DNA from: a virus
Taxonomy: Duplodnaviria > Caudoviricetes
Length of the DNA stretch: 64,000 bases
Reading direction: 5' to 3' (one strand)
IMG/VR virus record: IMGVR_UViG_3300010885_080481
The translations under genes were made by a program, and so were the position numbers. The notes beneath the pieces are model-generated. The model did no database searches, was not told the origin of the DNA, and was given only the letters and a program-made list of their open reading frames with translations. Positions 55,076-63,587 of this stretch are shown here, piece by piece. Each line of letters starts with the position of its first letter. Position 1 is the stretch's first letter.

Positions 55076-55948
55076 ATGCTACTAGCCATAGCATATCTCC
55101 TTTCTGGAGAGATGTTGCCGATCCGCCAATCGATGGATATCTCTCCAGGTTTTTTTAATAGGGTCTGGTGGTCGTATGAGGCAATTTCGTATGACTTGAT
55201 TCAGATGCCTATCTCGGATTCAGGATGTCCTGATGACATGCTTCCTATTTCAGGTGGTATGTTAGATGATGGTGGATTAGGAAGTTGGAACAACGGCTCC
55301 ATTGAGGCCTTACAAAAGACCGCCTGTACAAAGTGGATAGAGAAGAAGTATCCAGAACGTTGCGCAACTTTTGATCGAGACAAGTGGTTCGAGATCTCAA
55401 GTCGATTCCCGAGAAAGCCCATGTCTTTTTGCATCGACAAGTATGAATGGCCCAACAAACAAGGTGCCTATCCATGGGTTATGGTCACTTGGGAAGAGTC
55501 CCAGGGACTATGTGAGTCTGTTGGCAAACGATTGTGCACTGAGGACGAGTGGACCTTTGCCTGCGAAGGAGAAGAGGCCACTCCTTTCCCTTACGGATAT
55601 GCACGTAATTCCCAAGAATGTAACTTGGACAATCCATGGAAGAGATATTCACAAAAATTCTTGTCCCAACGTGGATCCCGGCAGTGCTCTCAGGAGTTGA
55701 AGCGTCTATGGCAAGGCCGCCGCAGCGGATCATCACCAAAATGCGCCTCATCTTTCGGCGTTGAGGATATGAATGGATCAGTAGATGAGTGGACAGTTGG
55801 AACGATAAAAAGTCAGTATCCTTACCTTTCTGTTCTCAAAGGAGGGTACTGGGGGACAGTTAGGACTCGATGCAGGCCCGCAACAAGAAATCATGGTCCT
55901 GGTCACACTTTCTACCAACAAGGTTTCAGGTGTTGTAGAAATCTGTGA
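55076..55948 (+). CDS. FGE-sulfatase (SUMF1) domain protein
   Basis: 'FCIDKYEWPN', 'GKRLCTEDEWTFAC', 'SFGVEDMNGSVDEW', 'KGGYW', 'GFRCC'. Confidence 0.85.
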   Translation: MLLAIAYLLSGEMLPIRQSMDISPGFFNRVWWSYEAISYDLIQMPISDSGCPDDMLPISGGMLDDGGLGSWNNGSIEALQKTACTKWIEKKYPERCATFDRDKWFEISSRFPRKPMSFCIDKYEWPNKQGAYPWVMVTWEESQGLCESVGKRLCTEDEWTFACEGEEATPFPYGYARNSQECNLDNPWKRYSQKFLSQRGSRQCSQELKRLWQGRRSGSSPKCASSFGVEDMNGSVDEWTVGTIKSQYPYLSVLKGGYWGTVRTRCRPATRNHGPGHTFYQQGFRCCRNL

Positions 55949-56148
55949 TATATAATGGCATGAAGTTGGTGTCAAACATAAAAGAAGTAATCATTTTAGA
56001 TGAGGACCCTATTGTCGGTTGCCTCGTAAAATCTGCGATTGATGAAAATGCCACTGGCATGATCGTTGAGTTTCTCTCGAAAGATGAAATTATGGTCCTT
56101 TGGAGCACTCCTCCAAAAAGAATTCTTAAAAATAGAGAGATTTGGTGA
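55945..56148 (+). CDS. Small SH3-like hypothetical protein
   Basis: 'VGCLVKS...TGMIVE...IMVLWS'. Confidence 0.45.
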   Translation: MIYNGMKLVSNIKEVIILDEDPIVGCLVKSAIDENATGMIVEFLSKDEIMVLWSTPPKRILKNREIW

Positions 56149-56161
56149 TGAGCTAAAAAGT

Positions 56162-56200
56162 TTTCAGGTCAACATTGCTGTTGACCTGAAATTTTATTTA
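56162..56200. terminator. Bidirectional terminator between convergent genes
   Basis: 13-bp stem TTTCAGGTCAACA / TGTTGACCTGAAA flanked by A- and T-rich tracts. Confidence 0.7.
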
Positions 56201-56808
56201 TTTTTTTTCCTTGATTCTTTAAGCCTTCTTACTGTATCAGCGTGTGGTCCGTTTTCGTCAGGTCTCTTTCTGCCTCGTTTTTTAGGAATCTTAAACTCGT
56301 CGTCAAAAGCTGGCTCTTTTTTTGTTTCTTCTGCTTGCGCTTCTGAAAATTTATTTTTTTCAGTTTGCTTAAGTCGTTCTTCGACAACTGGAGCACTCGT
56401 AATTTCTTCTAACGCTTTTTTCTTTAATTCTAAATTGTCAAACGCAGCTTTTAAAAACTTTACAGTCGCATCGTAAGCTATGATTTCTCCGTTTTTCATA
56501 TTATGTTTGGCTTGTTTATCACTTAAAAAATCCATAATAATGTTGTGAGATTTTCCAAGCCAATTCATGATTATCGAAGCTTCTGCCTGTTGGGTTTTTC
56601 CTTCTTTTATGCTGTCTAATAATGATGCTTTAGTTTTTTCAACGAATGTTTTGTGCAAGATCAATAATTCTTTCGTTGCAATTACCCCGCCTTCAGCAGA
56701 AGTTGCGTCTTTTTTTCTTTTTTCTAATGTATCGTCTATTTTTATGCCAATTCCATTGATGGTTGCAAGTGAATGTTCTAATTTGCTTTTTTCGTTGCTG
56801 TTGCTCAT
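56194..56808 (-). CDS. Coiled-coil hypothetical protein
   Basis: Long ORF; ATATTTA on the minus strand at 56820-56826. Confidence 0.6.
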   Translation of the reverse strand: MSNSNEKSKLEHSLATINGIGIKIDDTLEKRKKDATSAEGGVIATKELLILHKTFVEKTKASLLDSIKEGKTQQAEASIIMNWLGKSHNIIMDFLSDKQAKHNMKNGEIIAYDATVKFLKAAFDNLELKKKALEEITSAPVVEERLKQTEKNKFSEAQAEETKKEPAFDDEFKIPKKRGRKRPDENGPHADTVRRLKESRKKNK

Positions 56809-56831
56809 AATTTGTTAATTAAATATATTAC

Positions 56832-56865
56832 AAAAAAAATCAGAGGCCTCGAAAGAGGCCTCTGA
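56832..56865 (-). terminator. Intrinsic terminator after the tail-fibre gene
   Basis: TCAGAGGCCTC / GAGGCCTCTGA stem with an A8 run on + (U-tract on -). Confidence 0.8.
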
Positions 56866-56904
56866 CCACTCACCTTAGCTAAGCTTTAGGGAGCTTGTTG
56901 ATAA

Positions 56905-59139
56905 TCAAGCTGGGTTGTGGACCACGACGAAGAGTGCGTCTTCGGCTGTGATTGCCATTTCTAGCTCGATTGTTGTTGCAGAAGCGATCGAGTAGTCGAG
57001 GTCGAGGGCGAGGCGTACACCGTTGAGGTATACGTCGAGGGCCTTCTTCTCTTCTGCTGCATTTCCTACCACTGCTGCGCGGAGTGAGCCAATGGCTGCG
57101 AAGTTGATTGCAGTTCCAGCAGCGACTGCTCCGTGGGCAACGAGGTCCTGAGCGTATGATCCGCCACCTGCGAGGGAGAGGATTGCACCGACGAGCGTTG
57201 TTGAAGCGCCGAACTGTGCGTCCCAGAGAAGGCGCGAGCCGTCAGCTGCGAGGCTGTATTCCTCACCGTATGCTTCGAGCTTGAGTGCGCTGGAGGCCAT
57301 GAGCTTGATGTCTCCTGCAGCGAATGCAAGAGAACCGCTCATTGCGCCTTCGTTAGCACCGAGCTTGACTTCAGACATCCATGCTGGCACTAGAGCGATG
57401 TCGTTCATTGCTCCGTCGCCGTCTGGTGCACGGTTGCCCTTACCGAAGATAACTTCGCCAGCGCCGCCGTCTTGTCCAATGACGAGGTCCATACCTGCAC
57501 CTGCTCCACCGTGAAGAACGATACCGCTGTCGGTTGTTCCGAGTGAGCCTGTTGCGAGGTAGATGAATGCATCTTCAACACGCATGTTCTGCGTGTCGAT
57601 GTATGTCATCGAGCCCTTAACGCGGAGGTCGCCGTCTACCTGGACGTTTCCTGTGAAGAGTGCGTTTGTTGCTTCGATGTTGCCCTGGACGTTGAGTTCA
57701 GAACCGTCGAAGGTGAGCTTGGCTTCATCCTTGATTGATCCGTCTGCATCGACGATGTAGAGACGTTGTGCAACGTCGCCAGCAATTCCGATCCAGCTTA
57801 ATGATCCGCTGACTGCTGAGATGTTGCCGCTGAAGGAGCCATCGACTGCAGCAAGGTCACCAGAGAGTGTTGCGTCAACTGCTGCAAGATCCCCAGAAAG
57901 CGTTGCATTGACTGCAGCAAGGTCACCAGAGAGTGTTGCATCGACTGCAGCAAGGTCTCCTGATAGAGTTGCATTGACTGCTGCAAGGTCTCCAGATAGA
58001 GTTGCGTCAACTGCTGCAACGTTCCCGCTGAAGGTGCCATCTACGGCTGCGAGATCTCCAGAGAGTGTTGCATCAACTGCTGCAACGTTCCCACTGAAGG
58101 TGCCGTCTACTGCAGAGAGGTCACCTGAGAGTGTTGCGTCAACTGCGGCGATGTTCTGCTCAACCGTGAGTGAGCCGCTGACACCGAGGTCTGCTGCCAT
58201 GTAGACATCAGCCTTGAAGTCTGCAACGCCATCAACGTTGAGTGTGCTGTCGAAGTCAACTGCACCTGTGATACCCATAGAGCCTGTGACTTCGAGACGA
58301 TCGCCTGAAACCGTGAGGCCGTCGTTCATAGAAGCATGTCCTGCCACTGTGAGCGAACCGGAAACTCCGAGAGCAGCTGCCATGTAGACGTCTGCTGCGA
58401 AATCAGCGATACCGCCAACGTCCATTGCTCCGCTGAAAGAAGCGTCAACGGCGTCAACGTTTCCTGAGAATGAGCCATCGACTGCAGAGAGGTCTCCTGA
58501 TAGAGTTGCATCAACTGCTGCGATGTTTCCGCTGAACGTACCGTCTACGGCTGCGAGGTCACCTGAGAGTGTTGCATCGACAGCGGCGATGTTCCCGCTG
58601 AAGGTACCGTCTACTGCAGAGAGATCTCCTGAGAGTGTTGCATCAACTGCTGCAACGTTCCCGCTGAAGGTACCGTCTACGGCTGCGAGGTCGCCTGATA
58701 GAGTTGCATCAACTGCTGAGATGTTGCCGCTGAATGTACCGTCTACTGCTGCAAGGTCTCCAGATAGAGTTGCGTCTACTGCTGCAACGTTCCCGCTGAA
58801 GGTACCGTCTACTGCAGAGATATCTCCTTGGAATGCTGCATCTACGCCGCTTACATGTAATGCAGCGTAGATGTCGGCGAGGTCCTGTGACCCGCTGAGT
58901 GCGTCGTACCAGCGATCTCCACCGATGATCTTGTTGATCTGCGAACGGAGTGCGTCGAGGTCACCGACGATTGTCTGCTTGTAAGCGAGGCTAGAGCCTG
59001 CTGCCATTGTATCATTGAATTCTAATGAACCACTGATCTGTGATTGCTGAACGAATGTTCTTGCCATAACTTGTATCATCCTTTGTTGCGGACCCAGCAG
59101 GGTCCTTGGTTGTACGTACTTTATTGTGGAGAAGCTCAT
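56905..59139 (-). CDS. Tail fibre / virion fibre protein with 11-aa repeats
   Basis: Repeats 'AAVDATLSGDL/AAVDGTFSGN'; fibre-type 'VDGDLRVKGSMTYIDTQNMRVEDAFIYL...DSGI'; C-terminal 'DVYLNGVRL...DY'. Confidence 0.65.
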   Translation of the reverse strand: MSFSTIKYVQPRTLLGPQQRMIQVMARTFVQQSQISGSLEFNDTMAAGSSLAYKQTIVGDLDALRSQINKIIGGDRWYDALSGSQDLADIYAALHVSGVDAAFQGDISAVDGTFSGNVAAVDATLSGDLAAVDGTFSGNISAVDATLSGDLAAVDGTFSGNVAAVDATLSGDLSAVDGTFSGNIAAVDATLSGDLAAVDGTFSGNIAAVDATLSGDLSAVDGSFSGNVDAVDASFSGAMDVGGIADFAADVYMAAALGVSGSLTVAGHASMNDGLTVSGDRLEVTGSMGITGAVDFDSTLNVDGVADFKADVYMAADLGVSGSLTVEQNIAAVDATLSGDLSAVDGTFSGNVAAVDATLSGDLAAVDGTFSGNVAAVDATLSGDLAAVNATLSGDLAAVDATLSGDLAAVNATLSGDLAAVDATLSGDLAAVDGSFSGNISAVSGSLSWIGIAGDVAQRLYIVDADGSIKDEAKLTFDGSELNVQGNIEATNALFTGNVQVDGDLRVKGSMTYIDTQNMRVEDAFIYLATGSLGTTDSGIVLHGGAGAGMDLVIGQDGGAGEVIFGKGNRAPDGDGAMNDIALVPAWMSEVKLGANEGAMSGSLAFAAGDIKLMASSALKLEAYGEEYSLAADGSRLLWDAQFGASTTLVGAILSLAGGGSYAQDLVAHGAVAAGTAINFAAIGSLRAAVVGNAAEEKKALDVYLNGVRLALDLDYSIASATTIELEMAITAEDALFVVVHNPA
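57820..58149 (-). repeat. Coding tandem repeat block 2 (10 x 33 nt)
   Basis: In-frame 11-aa units at aa 331-440. Confidence 0.9.
58423..58818 (-). repeat. Coding tandem repeat block 1 (about 12 x 33 nt, 66-nt higher-order period)
   Basis: In-frame alternating units at aa 108-239. Confidence 0.9.
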
Positions 59140-59249
59140 CTTCCCACAAAAATATTTATGTTCGCTGTAGAATTTTTTTTAACTTTTTACTAAAAAAGAT
59201 TTTTACGATTCTTTCAAAAAAAGTTATTATTAACTGCTAAATTTTTAAA

Positions 59250-60017
59250 TCAGTTGACAATTTTTGCAAGGGCTGCAAGCCATGAAGGCGCAATGCCCAA
59301 TTTAGGATCTACACCTGTTGAGACGTTGTACGATCTTGAAAATTCTTCTATCGCTTTTCGTGTGGCAGGTCCCATGATTCCGTCTATTAATCCTGGGTAA
59401 AATCCCAACATTTTGAGTCTGGTCTGAGTGTCCAACAGTATGTCTTTTGTCCATGACACTATCGTTGGAACCTCATGCGGATCCTGAGGTATTATGCAGG
59501 ATTTATTGAATAATTCGCCTTCTGATTGTCTGCGTGCGAACAATCCTTTGTTGACCCTTAATTCTCCTCCTATTCTTACTTTGCTCCAATCTAAAAGTCT
59601 TTCTGCAACGGCGTTGTAATGTCCAGCGCTCAAAGCTCTGCACGCTCCGCTCGTTCTAAAAACTCCTGTCCCGCAATTGAACCCAAAAGAGACTAAAGCG
59701 TCAAATTGGTTTTGGTTGAGCGGAACTTTTATGGCCAAGTTTAATGCTACTTCTACCTCTAGAATGTCTTGCGATAAGATGTCAAGAGCTTCTTCTCTGG
59801 ATATCAATAGTTCAGAATAAGGATGTGATCTATCTTTCGACTTGATCAATTCTTTTATTTTTAAGTTAGAAATGGTGCTGAAAGAATCGGTTGGCTTTAT
59901 TAAGTGGCCCACGCCGATGGTCCAAAGACCACCCACGTCCATGTAAGGATGTAAAACCACACCTTCCCACCGGGCGATAAATTCCAGACCGTTCTTCGAG
60001 GTTTTTAGGTTGTTCAT
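59250..60017 (-). CDS. Endolysin: GH24 lysozyme with C-terminal peptidoglycan-binding domain
   Basis: 'WEG...PYMDVGGLWTIGVGH', 'NQNQFDALVSFGFNCG', 'RRQSEGELF'; 'LKMLGFYPGLIDGIMGPATRKAI'; GGAGGAGG RBS. Confidence 0.9.
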   Translation of the reverse strand: MNNLKTSKNGLEFIARWEGVVLHPYMDVGGLWTIGVGHLIKPTDSFSTISNLKIKELIKSKDRSHPYSELLISREEALDILSQDILEVEVALNLAIKVPLNQNQFDALVSFGFNCGTGVFRTSGACRALSAGHYNAVAERLLDWSKVRIGGELRVNKGLFARRQSEGELFNKSCIIPQDPHEVPTIVSWTKDILLDTQTRLKMLGFYPGLIDGIMGPATRKAIEEFSRSYNVSTGVDPKLGIAPSWLAALAKIVN

Positions 60018-60114
60018 ATGACAAACCTCCTCCATCATAAATATTGTTTCCACGCCACTATTTCGCAACAATAAAAAAATCTCTTGCGAATTTTTTTATT
60101 TCATATTTATTAGC

Positions 60115-60312
60115 ATGCAGCTCGGTGATCTTGCCTGGGATTATAGCAGCGCATTCGGTGGGCAGAACGTCGTGTCGACGAATCAATCGATGCAGATGGT
60201 GATCATTTTAGAATATCCGTCTCCGCCAGAGTCTTGCAGATTCGCGAAGGTTTTAACTTTCAATTGCGAGATAAAAAAGGTGCCCGTAGAATTTCTTTTA
60301 CCGATCTATTAA
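60115..60312 (+). CDS. Small SH3/KOW-like protein
   Basis: 'MQLGDLA...MVIILE...KVLT'; ATATTTA at 60103. Confidence 0.55.
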   Translation: MQLGDLAWDYSSAFGGQNVVSTNQSMQMVIILEYPSPPESCRFAKVLTFNCEIKKVPVEFLLPIY

Positions 60313-60344
60313 ATCTGCGAAAGCCGAATTATATTTAACCCGAA

Positions 60345-60518
60345 ATGAATGAAGCAGAAGTCCAAGCCTCTACGAAAACCAAAGAATTATTGGGAAAGTT
60401 GAGAGTGTTGAAAAATCTTGTCATTTTTCACATGAATATGCCAATGTGTTCGGAAGCTAAAACGTTGATAGAGGAAATGGAAAAGTCTCTTGAGCTATCT
60501 GAAGAAAAAAAACCGTAG
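60345..60518 (+). CDS. Small protein (57 aa) absent from the ORF track
   Basis: MNEAEVQASTKTKELLGKLR...; ATATTTA at 60331. Confidence 0.5.
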   Translation: MNEAEVQASTKTKELLGKLRVLKNLVIFHMNMPMCSEAKTLIEEMEKSLELSEEKKP

Positions 60519-60527
60519 AATGTTGTC

Positions 60528-60767
60528 GTGAAGAACAAACAGAATTTCTTCACGCCGGGGTGTCTCGCTTTCATAATCTACGATTGCGTTCCTTATTGGG
60601 ATTCGGACATCGGTCTCGACGATCCTAAAGGATATTTGGATCATGATGAGCTAGTTGTTCTCATTTTTCCATCTGACGCCTCTGGCGCTCGTTACTGGTT
60701 CGTGCTTTCAACCCAAGGCCCTTGTTTCGTATATGAAACAAACATGTCGTGGGTCCGTGCAAACTAG
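60528..60767 (+). CDS. Small SH3/KOW-like protein
   Basis: 'TPGCLA...LVVLIF...FVLSTQGPCFV'. Confidence 0.5.
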   Translation: MKNKQNFFTPGCLAFIIYDCVPYWDSDIGLDDPKGYLDHDELVVLIFPSDASGARYWFVLSTQGPCFVYETNMSWVRAN

Positions 60768-60786
60768 CTTTTTAACTAGGTAATAT
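60757..60786 (+). promoter_or_regulatory. Putative promoter GTGCAA-N18-TAATAT
   Basis: Member of the GTGYAA-N18 class. Confidence 0.5.
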
Positions 60787-61024
60787 GACTTCTATGAGTC
60801 TATCCAGCGAAAACCTAAAGATTGTTCGCACAGCCGCTCGTGATGCAGGAGATCACCTAAAGGACAAGCTACCTCCTTGTAAGTTCTTGAAGCAGAGAAA
60901 TTCATACGCTCACATTTGGGAAAGGCTGAAAGCCCGCCTGGGTAGGTCTTATAAGGACTGTGATGATCTAGAGATGCCAAAGATCTTATCTTTGATCGAA
61001 TTCTATAAGAACAACCCTTGTTGA
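60785..61024 (+). CDS. Hypothetical protein
   Basis: 'RNSYAHIWERLKARLGRSYKDC'. Confidence 0.55.
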   Translation: MTSMSLSSENLKIVRTAARDAGDHLKDKLPPCKFLKQRNSYAHIWERLKARLGRSYKDCDDLEMPKILSLIEFYKNNPC

Positions 61025-61034
61025 AAGTCACCGT

Positions 61035-61730
61035 ATGAAGACTCTCGTTGAAAGAATTAAATCCAGATTCTCATCCCGCTCGATCGAACCGACCGAAGAG
61101 CTGGTTTCGTACGCAAACAGCTGCGATTCGTATGCGAAAGGAATAATCTCACACACAGAGATGCAGAATGCGATGTGTAACTATCTCGACACTACGTCGT
61201 TGCGCGTCCGTGCTCTTTCAGAGGCTTTGAACAGAGTGAAAGAACCAGCCATGTCTGAAGTCGTGACGGAAGCGATGAACATGTTTGTGGATTCGGTCAT
61301 TCGAACAGACGACCGCCTATTTTCAATGTTCAATGTTTCCTCTGAGAAGAACGTGAGACTGTCCGTCGGTCCTCGAAAACCTGACATCAGCATTTGGAAG
61401 GGAGACAAGTTGATCGCCATTATCGAATGCAAAACTTGTCTAGGTCGCAGAAGGAAAGAGTGGATGGATGATTACTCTTCTAGGGTGGAAGAATTTTCTA
61501 CGATAGGGCTAAATCCAGAATCCATGTTCTTGTTTGTTGCTACTGATAACACTTGGGGTGGGTTTCCCAAGAGTGATGAACGTTTTGAGAATGTCTGGTT
61601 TTCCCTTTGTCCTGTCGGCACCTGGTATGGGGGCGGAAAGGCCGGAGAAGTCAAAATGATCTGTAAGCAACACGAAAATGCTCTAGAAAAAATTTCGAAA
61701 AAATTGATTGAGGTTTTATCCAAAGCATAA
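61035..61730 (+). CDS. PD-(D/E)XK nuclease-fold protein
   Basis: 'KPDISIWKGDKLIAIIECKT'. Confidence 0.6.
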   Translation: MKTLVERIKSRFSSRSIEPTEELVSYANSCDSYAKGIISHTEMQNAMCNYLDTTSLRVRALSEALNRVKEPAMSEVVTEAMNMFVDSVIRTDDRLFSMFNVSSEKNVRLSVGPRKPDISIWKGDKLIAIIECKTCLGRRRKEWMDDYSSRVEEFSTIGLNPESMFLFVATDNTWGGFPKSDERFENVWFSLCPVGTWYGGGKAGEVKMICKQHENALEKISKKLIEVLSKA

Positions 61731-61761
61731 ATTAAGATTAATTTATCTTGGTGGGAATGTC

Positions 61762-61971
61762 ATGAATAAGCTTGATGAATTAGTGCAAGAAAAAGAAGAT
61801 TTAAAGCTGCGCGTAAACGCGTTAATTTCTTTATTGAAAGAAGCTCGAGAATCGGTCCACGTGGCAATCGGCCTAGAGTTGGAATACGCAGATTATTCGT
61901 CGGCGGAACGTCTACGATCTTTGAAGCTAAAGATAGAAGAAGAAATCGTGAAAAATGAACACGCGATTTGA
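61762..61971 (+). CDS. Hypothetical coiled-coil protein
   Basis: Heptad pattern. Confidence 0.5.
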   Translation: MNKLDELVQEKEDLKLRVNALISLLKEARESVHVAIGLELEYADYSSAERLRSLKLKIEEEIVKNEHAI

Positions 61972-62161
61972 AAGATTTCCGGACGGAAAATGTTGCATGT
62001 CATTAGGACACAATCAACGTTTGTTTTATGAACCTAAAACTGACACATTCACTATAGAATATTTTTCTGAAGATGGGCACTTGATTTTAAGCGTTCCCGT
62101 TCAATCAACAATCTTAGCACAACTAAAAGCTTTCACTCACAGCTTTCCTTACGCAAGATAA
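61955..62161 (+). CDS. Hypothetical protein
   Basis: Overlap-coupled ORF. Confidence 0.45.
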   Translation: MNTRFERFPDGKCCMSLGHNQRLFYEPKTDTFTIEYFSEDGHLILSVPVQSTILAQLKAFTHSFPYAR

Positions 62162-62183
62162 CGATTTTGCATATTTATTGTTA

Positions 62184-62438
62184 ATGGACCATGATGGTCA
62201 GTTAGCAATAGGCGATCTAGTAGCATTTAAACCCAATAAGATCCGTAAGATAGACGGATACATACTTTGGGTTGGTCCGGACTACGAAGACACCTCTTTA
62301 GACATACAGACTCTTGTGCCTCCAAAAGAGATGATGGTCGTGATAGATCTAAAACCAGAAAGTAATGTACAAGTGATGACAGCCGGCGGCATAAAAGGGT
62401 GGACAAGAAAACATTTATTAAGAAAAATTAACATTTAA
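62184..62438 (+). CDS. Small SH3/KOW-like protein
   Basis: 'IGDLV...MVVID...VQVMTAGGIKGW'; ATATTTA at 62171. Confidence 0.6.
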   Translation: MDHDGQLAIGDLVAFKPNKIRKIDGYILWVGPDYEDTSLDIQTLVPPKEMMVVIDLKPESNVQVMTAGGIKGWTRKHLLRKINI

Positions 62439-62473
62439 AAATTTATAATTCTTGTTATGTATAATCACATTCG

Positions 62474-62884
62474 ATGAATCGCACTTTGGTCGTAGCAACA
62501 ATTCTGTCATTCGGTTTATCTGCGTTCTTCAGGAAGCTTGCGGTCGATAAACTTCATCCTTACTATATGCAGATTGTTTCTGCTGCCATCTATTTAGCGT
62601 TAGTCCCCGTGTGGTACAACCTTGCGCCCAGGCATTCTATGGTGGATTTGCAAGGTACGATTTATGCAGTAATCACGACGTGTCTGCACGTTTGCGGCGC
62701 CGTGATGTTTGGAATGCTCTTAAAATCTTCTAATTCGACAGGAGCGTTGTCAGTCATGATTTCTGCCGCGCCTGTCATCACTATCATGTTATCGATATCT
62801 TTTCTTGATGAAGAATTTGAGTTGAAACATTTTGTGGCCACCTTGCTGACGTTGTCAGGTCTAGCGTTATTTAACATGAAATAA
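62474..62884 (+). CDS. EamA/DMT-family membrane transporter (single domain)
   Basis: About five TM helices; 'SAAPVITIMLSISFLDEE...VATLLTLSGLALF'. Confidence 0.75.
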   Translation: MNRTLVVATILSFGLSAFFRKLAVDKLHPYYMQIVSAAIYLALVPVWYNLAPRHSMVDLQGTIYAVITTCLHVCGAVMFGMLLKSSNSTGALSVMISAAPVITIMLSISFLDEEFELKHFVATLLTLSGLALFNMK

Positions 62885-63057
62885 CGTAGAAGAATCACAG
62901 GCGAATTTTGCGCGTAATTCCTGCAACATGATTGATGCAATATAATCAAGAAGCTCCGTGATGCCTACATCGCTGATGTCCCGCGAAATCCCTGGTATAC
63001 CCCTCGACGACGCACGTAACAATTGTAAGGGTGGTAACTGCTACTTTAAGTCGAGCG

Positions 63058-63087
63058 GTGCAAACACGCAGGTGGAAATGGTATTCT
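63058..63087 (+). promoter_or_regulatory. Putative promoter GTGCAA-N18-TATTCT
   Basis: 6 nt before ATG 63094. Confidence 0.55.
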
Positions 63088-63093
63088 AAACCT

Positions 63094-63351
63094 ATGGTGC
63101 TGAAGGTTGGCGATCAGGTTGTTCCCGTCCACCACGCGGATCTCTGCTCCGATTCCGAGCTCACTTACTGTACCGGTGACTTCAAGCGCGGTGAGGTCGG
63201 GGTTGTCATCGAGACCGTGATGAAACGCAGATGGTTCGAGGGTGATACCATCTATGCACGGGTACTCTCCTCCGGCTGTTCCACCGGCTGGTGTTCATCT
63301 AGGTTCCTCATCGATATTCGACACCACCCGCGACACAAAGATCCCCAGTGA
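63094..63351 (+). CDS. Small SH3/KOW-like protein
   Basis: 'LKVGDQV...GEVGVVIE...RVLSSGCSTGW'. Confidence 0.65.
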   Translation: MVLKVGDQVVPVHHADLCSDSELTYCTGDFKRGEVGVVIETVMKRRWFEGDTIYARVLSSGCSTGWCSSRFLIDIRHHPRHKDPQ

Positions 63352-63587
63352 AACTCGTGGATGCTCGCATCGGTGAACTTCCACCTGGGTCCCTTCTGTT
63401 CCCATCCCGCTTCGCCCGTGAGGCCTTCGGAGGTGGTAACTACTACTGCACCGAGAGGCAGAGCTTCATGAGAGACCACCAGGTCTTCCCAGCGATCCTC
63501 CTCGATCCTCAGAGCGGTAAGGTCACCACCCCCGTGGGCATCCAATACCTCGGGGGCACCGCCTATGTATCGGTGATTCGCCGATGA
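63348..63587 (+). CDS. Small hypothetical protein (SH3-like)
   Basis: 'PPGSLL...AILLD...KVTTPVG'; GTGA overlap with the previous gene. Confidence 0.5.
   Translation: MKLVDARIGELPPGSLLFPSRFAREAFGGGNYYCTERQSFMRDHQVFPAILLDPQSGKVTTPVGIQYLGGTAYVSVIRR

Noticed and set aside
57820-58818. 33/66-nt periodic repeats as a CRISPR array or DGR
   Set aside because: The repeats are contiguous, in frame and have no unique spacers. There is no cas gene, no reverse transcriptase and no adenine-specific template/variable pair.
57066-58870. Long + strand ORFs opposite the fibre gene (57821-58204, 58523-58870 and others)
   Set aside because: They are antisense shadows created by the repeat's codon pattern, with no RBS or independent motifs.
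62884-63030. Possible ~50-codon minus-strand ORF or ncRNA in the gap before 63058
   Set aside because: No clear start or RBS and no stable structure that I could support.
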